Positions 27,770 to 36,867 are shown, counted from the first letter of the stretch. The stretch: DNA of 43,868 bases from Bacteroidota bacterium (GCA_024276895.1 JAJRWG010000158.1:1-43868); one strand, 5' to 3'. Program-made: numbers and translations. Notes: a model not told the origin generated them from the sequence alone.

Positions 27770-28936
27770 CTAACTGAAAGCGGCAATCCCTGTAATATCC
27801 ATGCCGGTGATCAGCAGGTGGATGTCGTGGGTACCTTCGTAGGTGATGACCGATTCCAGGTTCATCATGTGGCGCATCATGGGGAAGTCGCCTGTGATGC
27901 CCATGGCACCCAGTATCTGCCGGCTTTCGCGGGCGGTTTTCAGGGCCATTTCAACATTGTTGCGTTTGGCCATTGAAATCTGGGCCGGTGTGGCCCGCCC
28001 TTCGTTTTTCAAAACGCCCAGCCGCCAGGCCAGCAACTGTGCTTTGGTGATCTCGGTGAGGATTTAGGCCAGCTTTCTTTGCTGCAACTGGAAGGAGGCG
28101 ATGGGTTTGCCGAATTGTTTTCTTTCCAGGGAATAGCGCAAAGCCGTATCGTAGCAGTCCATGGCCGCGCCGATGACTCCCCAGGCAATGCCGTACCTGG
28201 CCGAGTTCAGACACATGAGCGGGCCTTTTAGGCCTTCAACGTTTGGCAACAAATTTTCTTTTGGAACTTTTACATTATCGAAAACAAGCTCTCCGGTCAG
28301 CGAAGCACGGAGCGACCATTTTCCTTTGGTTTCAGGGGCTGTGAAACCTTTCATCCCTTTTTCAACCAGCAGGCCACGCACTTTCCCGTTTTCATCTTTC
28401 GCCCAAACCACAGATACATCGGCGATGGGTGAATTGGTGATCCACATTTTGGCGCCGTTGAGCAGGTAGTGGCTACCTTTGTCTTCAAACCTTGTGAGCA
28501 TGCTGCCCGGGTCGGAGCCGTGGTTGGGCTCCGTCAGTCCGAACGCGCCCACCCACTCGCCGGTGGCCAGTTTCGGCAGGTATTTCATTCTTTGTTCTTC
28601 GTTGCCAAAAGTGTAGATGGGGTACATTACCAGCGAGGTCTGTACCGAAGCTGCCGAGCGGATGGCCGAATCGCCCCTTTCCAGTTCAGTCATGATCAGC
28701 CCGTAGGCAATATGGTCAAGGCCCGAACCGCCGTATTTTTCGGGGATGAAAGGCCCGAAGGCACCGATCTCACCCATTTCTTTCGTCAGGTGGGATGGAA
28801 AGCTGTGCTTTTGTGCTGCTTCTTCGATAACGGGCATGACCGAACGGTCAACCCAGTCGCGCATGGCCGAGCGGATGATTTTGTGCTCGTCGGTCAGTAA
28901 TTCGTCAACCTGGTAATAGTCAGGGGGATTGTACAT
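27770..28936 (-). pseudogene. Acyl-CoA dehydrogenase (glutaryl-CoA-dehydrogenase-like), interrupted by one in-frame TAA at 28064-28066
   Basis: ORFs 28064-28936 and 27770-28036 are in the same frame. Reading through gives ...FQLQQRKLA*ILTEITKAQLLAWRLGVLKNEGRATPAQISMAKRNN...ITYEGTHDIHLLITG..., which is colinear with full-length ~390-aa enzymes. No other stop or frameshift. Confidence 0.85.
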
Positions 28937-29028
28937 ATTTTAAAAAGTTAAAGTTTTGGTAAAAATAGAAAAGTTTTTCCGGACTAGCTTTCTTGAAAAA
29001 TTGCAGTCCACCCTCCTGAAAATTTTCC

Positions 29029-29036
29029 TACATTTG
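29029..29036 (+). promoter_or_regulatory. Candidate -7 promoter box (TACATTTG) for ridA
   Basis: TAnnTTTG match 16 nt upstream of ATG 29053. Confidence 0.3.
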
Positions 29037-29052
29037 ACCCAAAAGCAAATCA

Positions 29053-29433
29053 ATGAAAAAGATCGTCCACGCCCCCAACGCACCCGCGGCCATCGGCCCT
29101 TACAGCCAGGCTGTTGAAAGTAACGGCATGCTCTTTATTTCAGGACAAATTCCCATTGACCCGGAAACGGGAAAGATCGTCGATGGCGGCATCACCGAAC
29201 AGACCGAACAGGTGATGAAAAACATTGCCGCCATCCTTGACGAAGCGGGTTACGCCTTTTCGGATGTGATTAAATCCACCTGTCTGCTGAGCGACATGGC
29301 CAATTTCAAAGCCATGAACGAGGTGTACGGGAAATACTATCCCGAAGACCCGCCGGCCCGCGCGGCTTTTGCTGCAAAAGAATTGCCCCTGGGTGTTTTG
29401 ATCGAGATTGAAACCATCGCCGCGAAACAGTAA
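29053..29433 (+). CDS. ridA: RidA family (YjgF/YER057c/UK114) reactive-intermediate deaminase
   Basis: 126 aa. APAAIGPYSQAV...LFISGQIPIDPETG...PARAAFAAKELPLGVLIEIE are typical of the family. Confidence 0.9.
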   Translation: MKKIVHAPNAPAAIGPYSQAVESNGMLFISGQIPIDPETGKIVDGGITEQTEQVMKNIAAILDEAGYAFSDVIKSTCLLSDMANFKAMNEVYGKYYPEDPPARAAFAAKELPLGVLIEIETIAAKQ

Positions 29434-29592
29434 GCGGTACCTGACAGGCAGCAAGACTTTTACTGCTGTGATTTTTCCTTGAACGGATTTTTAATTTTAT
29501 TGCCCGTCTTTAACGACCGTTTAACAGTTTTTATCATACTAAAACGGTTTGATTTTTGTTATATTTTAGCAATTTATAAAACCGAAACACCA

Positions 29593-32500
29593 GTGCTATT
29601 GGGCTTGTTTACACAAAGGCCGGGTTTCAGATGGCTGAAACCTTTGCTTCTGACGTTTGCCGTGGCTTTTCTTGCGACGGTTTCGCAGGCCCAGTTTTAC
29701 AATGGTTCCAACATGACTTTCGGTAAAAACCGGGTGCAGTACAAGGAGTTCCTCTGGACCTTTTACAAGTTCGACGATTTCGATACCTACTTTTACCTCA
29801 ACGGCAAGGAACTTGCCCAGTACACGGCCCGTTATGCACAGCAGCAAATCCCGCTCATCGAAAACAAGCTGGAAAGCCGCCTGGACAAAAGGATACAATT
29901 CATCATTTTCAACAGCCTGACCGACCTGAAACAAAGCAACATCGGCTTGCTGACCAACGAAAGCTACAACACCGGCGGGGTGACACACATCATCGGCTCC
30001 AAGGTGTTTTTGTATTTCGACGGCAACCATGTCAAGTTCGAGGACGAAATCAGGGCCGGGATAGCCGAGGTGATGTTCAATCAGATGATGTTTGGCGGAA
30101 GCCTGGGCAAGCAGGTGAAAACAAGCACTTTCTTTTCGCTGCCCAATTGGTACAAGGTGGGCATCGTTTCGTGGCTGAGCAAGGACTGGGACGTGGAATA
30201 TGACAACCGTGTGCGTGATGGTATTTTAAGCGGCAGGTACGACAAACTGAACAACCTGACGGGAGAAGACGCCGTTTTCGCCGGCCATTCGCTGTGGCGG
30301 TTCATCGCCCTGCAATACGGCCGGGCAGCCGTCAGCAACATCATCCACATGACCGGGGTGAGCAACAGCATCGACAAAGGGATTCTGTACGTACTTGGGA
30401 TTCCTTTCAAGACACTGGTCAAAGAATGGCGTAATTTTTACATCAAAGAGTATGAAGCCTTCGCAACATCCGGCGACCATCCCGGGAACTTATTGAAAAT
30501 GCGTTACAAATCCGATGTGGTTGTGGGCCAGCCGCACATCAGTCCCTTTGGAGAGTATGTTGCCTATACCACCAACGAGATGGGAAAATACAGGATTTAC
30601 CTGGAAGACCTTTCCACCGGCAAACGGAAAAAAATACTGAAAAAGGGGGTGATGATCGACACCAAAACCGATTACAGTTACCCCCTGCTGGCCTGGCATC
30701 CTACCGGAAAACTGCTGGCTTACATCATCGAAGATAAGGGGATGCCCTGGCTTTACCTGTACAACATCGAAGAGAGAAAGGTGACCAAACAGATTATTTA
30801 CGAGGTACAGAAAGTAACCGATTTTGCCTATTCGGACGACGGCCGTTTTATGGTGATGTCGGCGGTCAGAAAAGGCCAAAGTGATATATTTGTCTTTAAT
30901 ATTTCGGCCAGCACCTTCCAAAGTATCACCAACGATATTTATTCTGATTTGCATCCGCGGTTCATCAACAATTCATCGCAAATTGTTTTCAGCTCAAACC
31001 GTGAAAACGACACACTGGGCGTCGAACCCGGAAATATTCTGGACCTTCCCAATCATTTCGATTTATTTGTTTACGATTACGCCAATCAGAACCGTATTTT
31101 GAGAAGAATTACGCAGACCCCCCTGGCTGACGAATTCAGGCCTGAGTCCTACGGTTTCAACACCATTTCCTATTTAAGTGATGAAAGCGGCATCGTCAAC
31201 AGCTACCTGGCAGCTATTGACAGCACGGTCAGTTCGGTTGACACGGCCATCCATTACCGCTACTTTGTCCACTCCAAGGCCACTACTGATTACACCCGCA
31301 GCATCATCGACCAGCACATCAGCCTGAAAGCAGGCAAAAAGGCTCTTTTGTATTTCGAGGATAACCTGTGGAAAATATTTATCGAGCCCGTCAGCAACTA
31401 CGATGAAACCACCACAGTACAGCCGGCCATCACCAACTACATGGCAAGGCTGAAAAAAAAGCAGAAAATGGCTGAAGTGGCGGCGCAGGCAAAAAAGGAA
31501 AAGATCGCAGCACGTAAGCCCGAGGAGAAAACCGAGGAAGAACCCCTGCCCGAGATCAAGAAAAAGAAACACTTTGTGATGGTGTACATTGACGATAAAG
31601 GCAACGAATACATCGGGAAACCCAAAAAGAAAACAAGGGGCAGAAAAGGACAGTCTGATCTGTTTGGTTCGCTGCTGACTTCGGTTAGCGGACAGGAAGA
31701 AAGCGATAAGTTTGTCATCCCCAAACGCAGGAATTACTACACAGAGTATTTCATCAACGACATGATTTCGCAAATTGATTTCAACTACATTAATTACAGC
31801 TACCAACCGTTTACCGGTGGAGGCCCCATTTACCTGAACCCCGGTTTCAATGTTTTCCTGCAGATGGGGGTAAACGATTTGATGGAAGACCACCGTTTTG
31901 TGGGAGGGGTCAGGTTCAACTTCAGCCTGGTGAACAACGAATACCTTTTTAGTTATTCCAATTTAAAAAGGCGCCTGGACCAGGAAGTCGTTTTTCACCG
32001 CAACACCACACCGCCGTACAGCAATTCTCTTTTCAAGATACACACCCACGAGATATTTTACATCCTGAAATGGCCCTTTAACGAGGCGCTGAGCATCAGG
32101 GGCACGGCGAAATACCGGAACGACATGTACGTTGCTTCGGCAGTTGATCAGCAAACGCTTGAGTTTTCCAATCAGTACGCCAACTGGGTCGGTGTGAAGG
32201 GAGAACTGGTTTTTGACAACACACGTACCCTGGGCCTGAACCTTTACCTTGGCACGCGTTATAAAATATTTGTCGAGTACGACAACATGATCGGCCTGGT
32301 ACGTGACGGCAGCATCGTCAAGACACAGGAAAAATACAACCTGGTGGTTTTGGGTGTCGATTTCAGGAAGTACACCCGCATTCACCGGAATTTCATCTGG
32401 GCCAACCGTTTTGCGGCCAGCACCTCCTTTGGCGACAGCCCGCTCATTTATTATATGGGAGGAGTTGACAACTGGGTTTGGCCAAAATTCAACAATGAAA

Positions 32501-32943
32501 CACCCATTGATTTTGACCGCAACTATGCCTACCAGACACTGGCAACGAACATGCGTGGTTTCAATCAAAACATCCGCAACGGTAATAGCTTTGCGGTCAT
32601 CAACAGCGAACTGCGCTTCCCGATATTTCAATACTTTTCCAAAACCCCGTTAAGCTCCGGATTCCTGCGGAATTTCCAGCTTGTGGGCTTCGGCGACATC
32701 GGTACCGCCTGGACCGGGGTAAGCCCTTATTCAAAAAGCAATTCACTGTACACACGTTATGTTGACACCGGGCCCTTCCACATTTCTGTCGAGGTGCAAA
32801 AAGAACCCATTGTGGGGGGATTTGGTTTCGGTGCACGCATCCATTTGCTCGGATATTTTATCCGGGGTGATGTGGCATGGGGTGTTGACGATTACAAAGT
32901 GGGTAAACCGATTTATTATTTTTCGCTCAGCCTCGACTTTTAA
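29593..32943 (+). CDS. Large outer-membrane protein: N-terminal domain, PD40/TolB-like beta-propeller repeats, K/E-rich linker, Omp85 (bacterial surface antigen)-type C-terminal barrel
   Basis: Start taken at GTG 29593, just before a signal peptide (RWLKPLLLTFAVAFLATVSQAQ); the track start at 29479 lacks one. PD40-like repeats (FGEYVAYTTNEMGKYRIYLEDLSTG; LLAWHPTGKLLAYIIED; FAYSDDGRFMVMSAVRKGQSDIFVFNI; IVFSSNRE). Omp85-like C-terminus (NMRGFNQNIRNGNSFAVINSELRFPIF...LVGFGDIGTAW) ending SLSLDF. Confidence 0.72.
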   Translation: MLLGLFTQRPGFRWLKPLLLTFAVAFLATVSQAQFYNGSNMTFGKNRVQYKEFLWTFYKFDDFDTYFYLNGKELAQYTARYAQQQIPLIENKLESRLDKRIQFIIFNSLTDLKQSNIGLLTNESYNTGGVTHIIGSKVFLYFDGNHVKFEDEIRAGIAEVMFNQMMFGGSLGKQVKTSTFFSLPNWYKVGIVSWLSKDWDVEYDNRVRDGILSGRYDKLNNLTGEDAVFAGHSLWRFIALQYGRAAVSNIIHMTGVSNSIDKGILYVLGIPFKTLVKEWRNFYIKEYEAFATSGDHPGNLLKMRYKSDVVVGQPHISPFGEYVAYTTNEMGKYRIYLEDLSTGKRKKILKKGVMIDTKTDYSYPLLAWHPTGKLLAYIIEDKGMPWLYLYNIEERKVTKQIIYEVQKVTDFAYSDDGRFMVMSAVRKGQSDIFVFNISASTFQSITNDIYSDLHPRFINNSSQIVFSSNRENDTLGVEPGNILDLPNHFDLFVYDYANQNRILRRITQTPLADEFRPESYGFNTISYLSDESGIVNSYLAAIDSTVSSVDTAIHYRYFVHSKATTDYTRSIIDQHISLKAGKKALLYFEDNLWKIFIEPVSNYDETTTVQPAITNYMARLKKKQKMAEVAAQAKKEKIAARKPEEKTEEEPLPEIKKKKHFVMVYIDDKGNEYIGKPKKKTRGRKGQSDLFGSLLTSVSGQEESDKFVIPKRRNYYTEYFINDMISQIDFNYINYSYQPFTGGGPIYLNPGFNVFLQMGVNDLMEDHRFVGGVRFNFSLVNNEYLFSYSNLKRRLDQEVVFHRNTTPPYSNSLFKIHTHEIFYILKWPFNEALSIRGTAKYRNDMYVASAVDQQTLEFSNQYANWVGVKGELVFDNTRTLGLNLYLGTRYKIFVEYDNMIGLVRDGSIVKTQEKYNLVVLGVDFRKYTRIHRNFIWANRFAASTSFGDSPLIYYMGGVDNWVWPKFNNETPIDFDRNYAYQTLATNMRGFNQNIRNGNSFAVINSELRFPIFQYFSKTPLSSGFLRNFQLVGFGDIGTAWTGVSPYSKSNSLYTRYVDTGPFHISVEVQKEPIVGGFGFGARIHLLGYFIRGDVAWGVDDYKVGKPIYYFSLSLDF

Positions 32944-33247
32944 CAGTCGTGGAGCCGTTCTCGCAGACGAATGAAAATCATGGGGAAAAAAAAACGGACA
33001 GATTTTAATTTTTTACTGTTAAAACTGTGCCAAAATTTTTTTTCACCCCTCTGATTTTTTATAAACACCTTACTAACTGCCACTTCATTTTTTTTTCACC
33101 TTTCATTGTTCAAATGTTGATAAAATATTTCTGCTCACAGCATATTTGTACAGTATATTGCATCCGAAAATAGCAGACCTTCTCGTTTTCATAACACCCT
33201 GATATTTAGAAATATATTAAACATTAACAAGTTAATCCGCGTGCCGT

Positions 33248-35980
33248 ATGGAAAACAACCTTTACCTTAATTTCGACGAAAGCAACAGCGAGGCATCATT
33301 GGAAGTGAAAGAAATAAAAAAGGAGGAAAAGAGCTTTTACGATAAGGTTCTGGAGGAACGAAAACAACCGGAAAACGGAAAAGTACAAATCGCCGGATTT
33401 ACACCTGAAAAATTAAAGCAGGATGAACAACCGCCGGTTGAAAAACCGGACGTTCAGCAAAAAAAATACAACCACCAGCAAGTGCTGGAGGCCGCAACCG
33501 AATATTTCAACGGTGACCTCCTGGCTGCCAATGTGTGGATGAATAAGTACGCGGTGAAAGACTGCCACGGGGATTATTACGAATTGACACCGGCAGATAT
33601 GCACCGCCGCATCGCCCGTGAAGTTGCACGCATCGAAAGCCGCTATCCTGACCCCTTAAGCGAAAAAAAAATATTTGAGGTGCTCGACAGGTTTAAATAC
33701 ATCATTCCTGCCGGGAGCCCAATGGCCGGAATCGGCAACCCGTTTCAGATTTCGTCGCTGTCCAATTGTTTTGTCATTGGTAACGAAGGCGCTTCCGATT
33801 CATACGGCGGCATTTTAAAGATTGACCAGGAACAGGTACAACTGATGAAACGCCGTGGGGGCGTCGGACACGACCTCACCCACATCAGGCCGGCCGGCAG
33901 CCCGGTGAAAAATACAGCACTCACCTCAACAGGAGTGGTGCCTTTCATGGAAAGGTATTCCAACTCAACCCGAGAGGTGGCCCAGGACGGACGAAGGGGG
34001 GCACTGATGCTCAGCATCGGCATTAAGCATCCCGACTCGGAACATTTCATCGATGCCAAGATGGAAAGCGGAAAAGTCACGGGTGCCAATGTTTCCATCA
34101 AAATCGACGATGAGTTTATGCAGGCGGTGAAGGAAAACCAAACCTACCGGCAGCAGTATCCTATCAATGCTGAAGAGCCGAAATATGTAAAAGAAATTAG
34201 TGCCCGCAAGCTTTGGAACAAAATCATCCACAATGCCTGGTCTTCTGCCGAACCGGGCATACTGTTCTGGGATACGGTACTGCGCGAATCCATTCCCGAT
34301 AACTATGCCGACTACGGTTTCCACACCGTTTCCACAAACCCCTGCGGCGAGATACCGCTTTGTCCGTACGACAGTTGCCGCCTGCTGGCCATCAACCTGT
34401 ACAGTTATGTTGAAAATCCGTTTACCGAAAAGGCCGTGTTCAATGGCGATCTGTTTATTGAGCATGTGAGCATTGCACAACGCATCATGGACGACATTGT
34501 TGACCTGGAAGTTGAAAAGGTAGAAGCCATACTGGCAAAGATTAATGCTGACCCCGAAGACGAAGAAATCAAATTTGTGGAAAAAAGACTTTGGGAAAAA
34601 ATCCGTGAAAAATCCTTACAGGGACGCAGGACGGGCATCGGAATCACCGCCGAAGGCGACATGCTTGCCGCACTGGGGATGCGTTACGGTTCCGATGACG
34701 CCATCAAGTTCTCTACCGAAGTACACAAAATTCTGGCCATTGAGTCTTACCGCTCGTCGGTTGACCTTGCCGAAGCACGCGGCCCGTTCCCCATTTACGA
34801 TACCGAAAGGGAAAAGGACAATCCTTTTATTTTGCGCATCAGGGAAAATGCCCCCGCCGTTTACGAAAAAATGAAAAAGGTGGGCCGTCGCAACATTTCC
34901 ATGCTGACCATTGCCCCTACCGGCAGCGTAAGTATCTGCACGCAGACAACATCGGGAATTGAACCCGTTTTCATGGTTTCCTACAAGCGCCGTCGCAAGG
35001 TCAATCCCAGCGACAAAAACGCAGTGGTTTCGTTTGTGGACGAAATGGGCGACACCTGGGAAGAGTACAATGTTTTCCATCCCAAGTTTGAGGTGTGGCT
35101 GAAAATAAATGGCTACGACATTGACGATGTAAAAACCAAACCCGACGAGGAACTGAATAAGATCATCGAAAAATCACCTTACTACCAGGCCTCGTCCGCC
35201 GACATTGATTGGGTAAGTAAAGTAAAAATGCAGGGCGATATCCAGAAATGGGTTGACCATTCCATCAGCGTAACCGTCAATGTTCCGAAAGATGCCACCG
35301 AAGACCTGGTCAGCAAGATTTACCTCACTGCCTGGGAAAGCGGTTGTAAAGGGATCACCATTTACCGGGAAGGTTCCCGGGCCGGCGTTTTGGTCAGCAA
35401 CGACAAAAAGCCTGACGATAAAGAAACTTTCCATGAAACCAAGGCGCCTTCACGCCCAAAGATCATCGAGGCCAATGTGGTGCGGTTTCAGAACAACTAC
35501 GAAAAATGGATTGCCGTTATCGGAAAAATCAACAACAAGCCCTATGAGATCTTTACCGGGCCTGCCGAAGACTTCTTCCTGCCGCCCTGGGTCGAAAAGG
35601 GATGGGTTATCAAAAACAAAGTCAAGGACGAACCTACACGTTACGATTTTCAATTTGAAGACAAACAGGGTTACAAAGTCACATTTGAGGGACTTTCCAG
35701 GTCTTTTGACCAAACCTTCTGGAATTATGCAAGACTCATTTCGGGCGTCCTCCGTCACGGTATGCCGTTAAATTACGTTATTGACCTGGTGTCGAATCTC
35801 AACGTTGACGAAGACAACATCAACACCTGGAAAAATGGTGTGGTACGGGCCCTGAAACGTTTTGTGCCTGACGGCACCATCGCTGTAGATACCACTTGCA
35901 GCGAGTGTGGCGAAGATACTGTGGTGTACGAAGACGGATGCCTGATTTGCAAGGCTTGCGGTCACACCAAGTGTGGTTAA
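33248..35980 (+). CDS. nrdJ: Class II (adenosylcobalamin-dependent) ribonucleotide reductase
   Basis: 910 aa. ANVWMNKYAVKD...TPADMHRRIAREVA, active-site loop STNPCGEIPL, APTGSVS, and a C-terminal Cys-rich tail (CSECGEDTVVYEDGCLICKACGHTKCG). Confidence 0.88.
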   Translation: MENNLYLNFDESNSEASLEVKEIKKEEKSFYDKVLEERKQPENGKVQIAGFTPEKLKQDEQPPVEKPDVQQKKYNHQQVLEAATEYFNGDLLAANVWMNKYAVKDCHGDYYELTPADMHRRIAREVARIESRYPDPLSEKKIFEVLDRFKYIIPAGSPMAGIGNPFQISSLSNCFVIGNEGASDSYGGILKIDQEQVQLMKRRGGVGHDLTHIRPAGSPVKNTALTSTGVVPFMERYSNSTREVAQDGRRGALMLSIGIKHPDSEHFIDAKMESGKVTGANVSIKIDDEFMQAVKENQTYRQQYPINAEEPKYVKEISARKLWNKIIHNAWSSAEPGILFWDTVLRESIPDNYADYGFHTVSTNPCGEIPLCPYDSCRLLAINLYSYVENPFTEKAVFNGDLFIEHVSIAQRIMDDIVDLEVEKVEAILAKINADPEDEEIKFVEKRLWEKIREKSLQGRRTGIGITAEGDMLAALGMRYGSDDAIKFSTEVHKILAIESYRSSVDLAEARGPFPIYDTEREKDNPFILRIRENAPAVYEKMKKVGRRNISMLTIAPTGSVSICTQTTSGIEPVFMVSYKRRRKVNPSDKNAVVSFVDEMGDTWEEYNVFHPKFEVWLKINGYDIDDVKTKPDEELNKIIEKSPYYQASSADIDWVSKVKMQGDIQKWVDHSISVTVNVPKDATEDLVSKIYLTAWESGCKGITIYREGSRAGVLVSNDKKPDDKETFHETKAPSRPKIIEANVVRFQNNYEKWIAVIGKINNKPYEIFTGPAEDFFLPPWVEKGWVIKNKVKDEPTRYDFQFEDKQGYKVTFEGLSRSFDQTFWNYARLISGVLRHGMPLNYVIDLVSNLNVDEDNINTWKNGVVRALKRFVPDGTIAVDTTCSECGEDTVVYEDGCLICKACGHTKCG

Positions 35981-35986
35981 TGCTGT

Positions 35987-36020
35987 AAAGGCTGCCCGGC
36001 AGGGCAGCCTTTTTAGTTTT
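35987..36020 (+). terminator. Intrinsic terminator after nrdJ
   Basis: AAGGCTGCCC, loop ggca, GGGCAGCCTT (10-11 bp GC-rich stem), followed by TTTTAGTTTT. Confidence 0.82.
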
Positions 36021-36132
36021 CCTTTCAGTTTTCGGGCTGTGCCCAAACGGCAGATTTTTCCGCCAGGATATCTTTCTTAAGATTTATTAAGAATCATTCC
36101 AGATAGATTGCAATACCAAACAAATTATTCAG

Positions 36133-36140
36133 TAACTTTG
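36133..36140 (+). promoter_or_regulatory. Candidate -7 promoter box (TAACTTTG) for the superoxide reductase gene
   Basis: TAnnTTTG match 34 nt upstream of ATG 36175. Confidence 0.3.
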
Positions 36141-36174
36141 CAGTCTGAATGATTAACCACTAAAATTTAAAAAG

Positions 36175-36552
36175 ATGAAGATTAATAAGTATGTTGACAT
36201 TTCAACAATAGACAGGGAAGCCAAGAAGGATTACATTGACAGGCATTCCCCATTCATTCACTGCGAGAGCACGGCAAAGGCCGGTGAAAAGTTTAAAGTA
36301 ACGGTAAAGTTGGGTGATGAGTACACGCATCCTGACGATTTTGACCATTACATTGCCTGGGTACAGTTGTGGAATGGCGATTTGATGCTTGCACAAGCTA
36401 CTTTCCCTCCCGGAACCCTGGGCAACCAGTCGGGCCATGTGGAAGTCGATTTTCACATCGTTCCCCAAAAGAATCTGAAACTGTCCGCCATGTCGTTTTG
36501 CACCAAACACGGTTTGTGGCACAGCGACGACGTGAACGTGGAAGTGTCCTGA
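36175..36552 (+). CDS. Superoxide reductase-like protein (desulfoferrodoxin/neelaredoxin family, single iron centre)
   Basis: 125 aa carrying the family ligand pattern: DRHSPFI (His), HPDDFDHYIAW (two His), CTKHGLWH (Cys-x2-His). Confidence 0.82.
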   Translation: MKINKYVDISTIDREAKKDYIDRHSPFIHCESTAKAGEKFKVTVKLGDEYTHPDDFDHYIAWVQLWNGDLMLAQATFPPGTLGNQSGHVEVDFHIVPQKNLKLSAMSFCTKHGLWHSDDVNVEVS

Positions 36553-36577
36553 CAGGAACTTCTGCAAATGAAAATTG

Positions 36578-36614
36578 CGCGAGGCTTTCCAAACGAAAGT
36601 TTCGCGTTTTTTTT
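36578..36614 (+). terminator. Strong intrinsic terminator after the superoxide reductase gene
   Basis: CGCGAGGCTTTC, loop caaac, GAAAGTTTCGCG (12 bp including two G-T wobbles), followed by T8. Confidence 0.85.
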
Positions 36615-36791
36615 GCCCTCCTCCCTGTTGTTGAGTTTGGCCCGGACATCCACTGCGGGAGTGTAAAGTTATTGCAGAAAAATCAGCAAACAGTCCGGGA
36701 AATGGTGAAAGATTTGGCAACTGGAAAAACCGCAATTGGTGCCATACGGGAACCCTCTTTCATTTTCCGTCGCAAAGCATTTTAGGTCATA

Positions 36792-36799
36792 TAAATTTG
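36792..36799 (+). promoter_or_regulatory. Candidate -7 promoter box (TAAATTTG) for ileS
   Basis: TAnnTTTG match 68 nt upstream of ATG 36868. The leader contains a 6-bp hairpin, AGAGAC(N10)GTCTCT, at 36830-36851. Confidence 0.3.
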
Positions 36800-36867
36800 T
36801 TTAGTTTTGCAGCCGGTTTATGAAACGGAAGAGACAACAGCAACAGTCTCTGTAATAAAGGCTTTTG

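Noticed and set aside
32944-33247. Cobalamin riboswitch or canonical NrdR boxes upstream of nrdJ
   Set aside because: There is only a fragmentary GCCACT-like string and no B12-box/stem architecture, and the region is mostly A/T homopolymers. The ACAG(C/T)ATATT repeats match only about half of the 16-bp palindromic NrdR consensus and lack the usual two-box spacing.
36369-36785. 138-aa plus-strand ORF overlapping the superoxide reductase gene and running into the spacer
   Set aside because: It is out of frame with a well-supported CDS for most of its length and crosses a strong intrinsic terminator. Only its last ~30 codons are free-standing, and these are noted as a weak small-ORF possibility in the findings.
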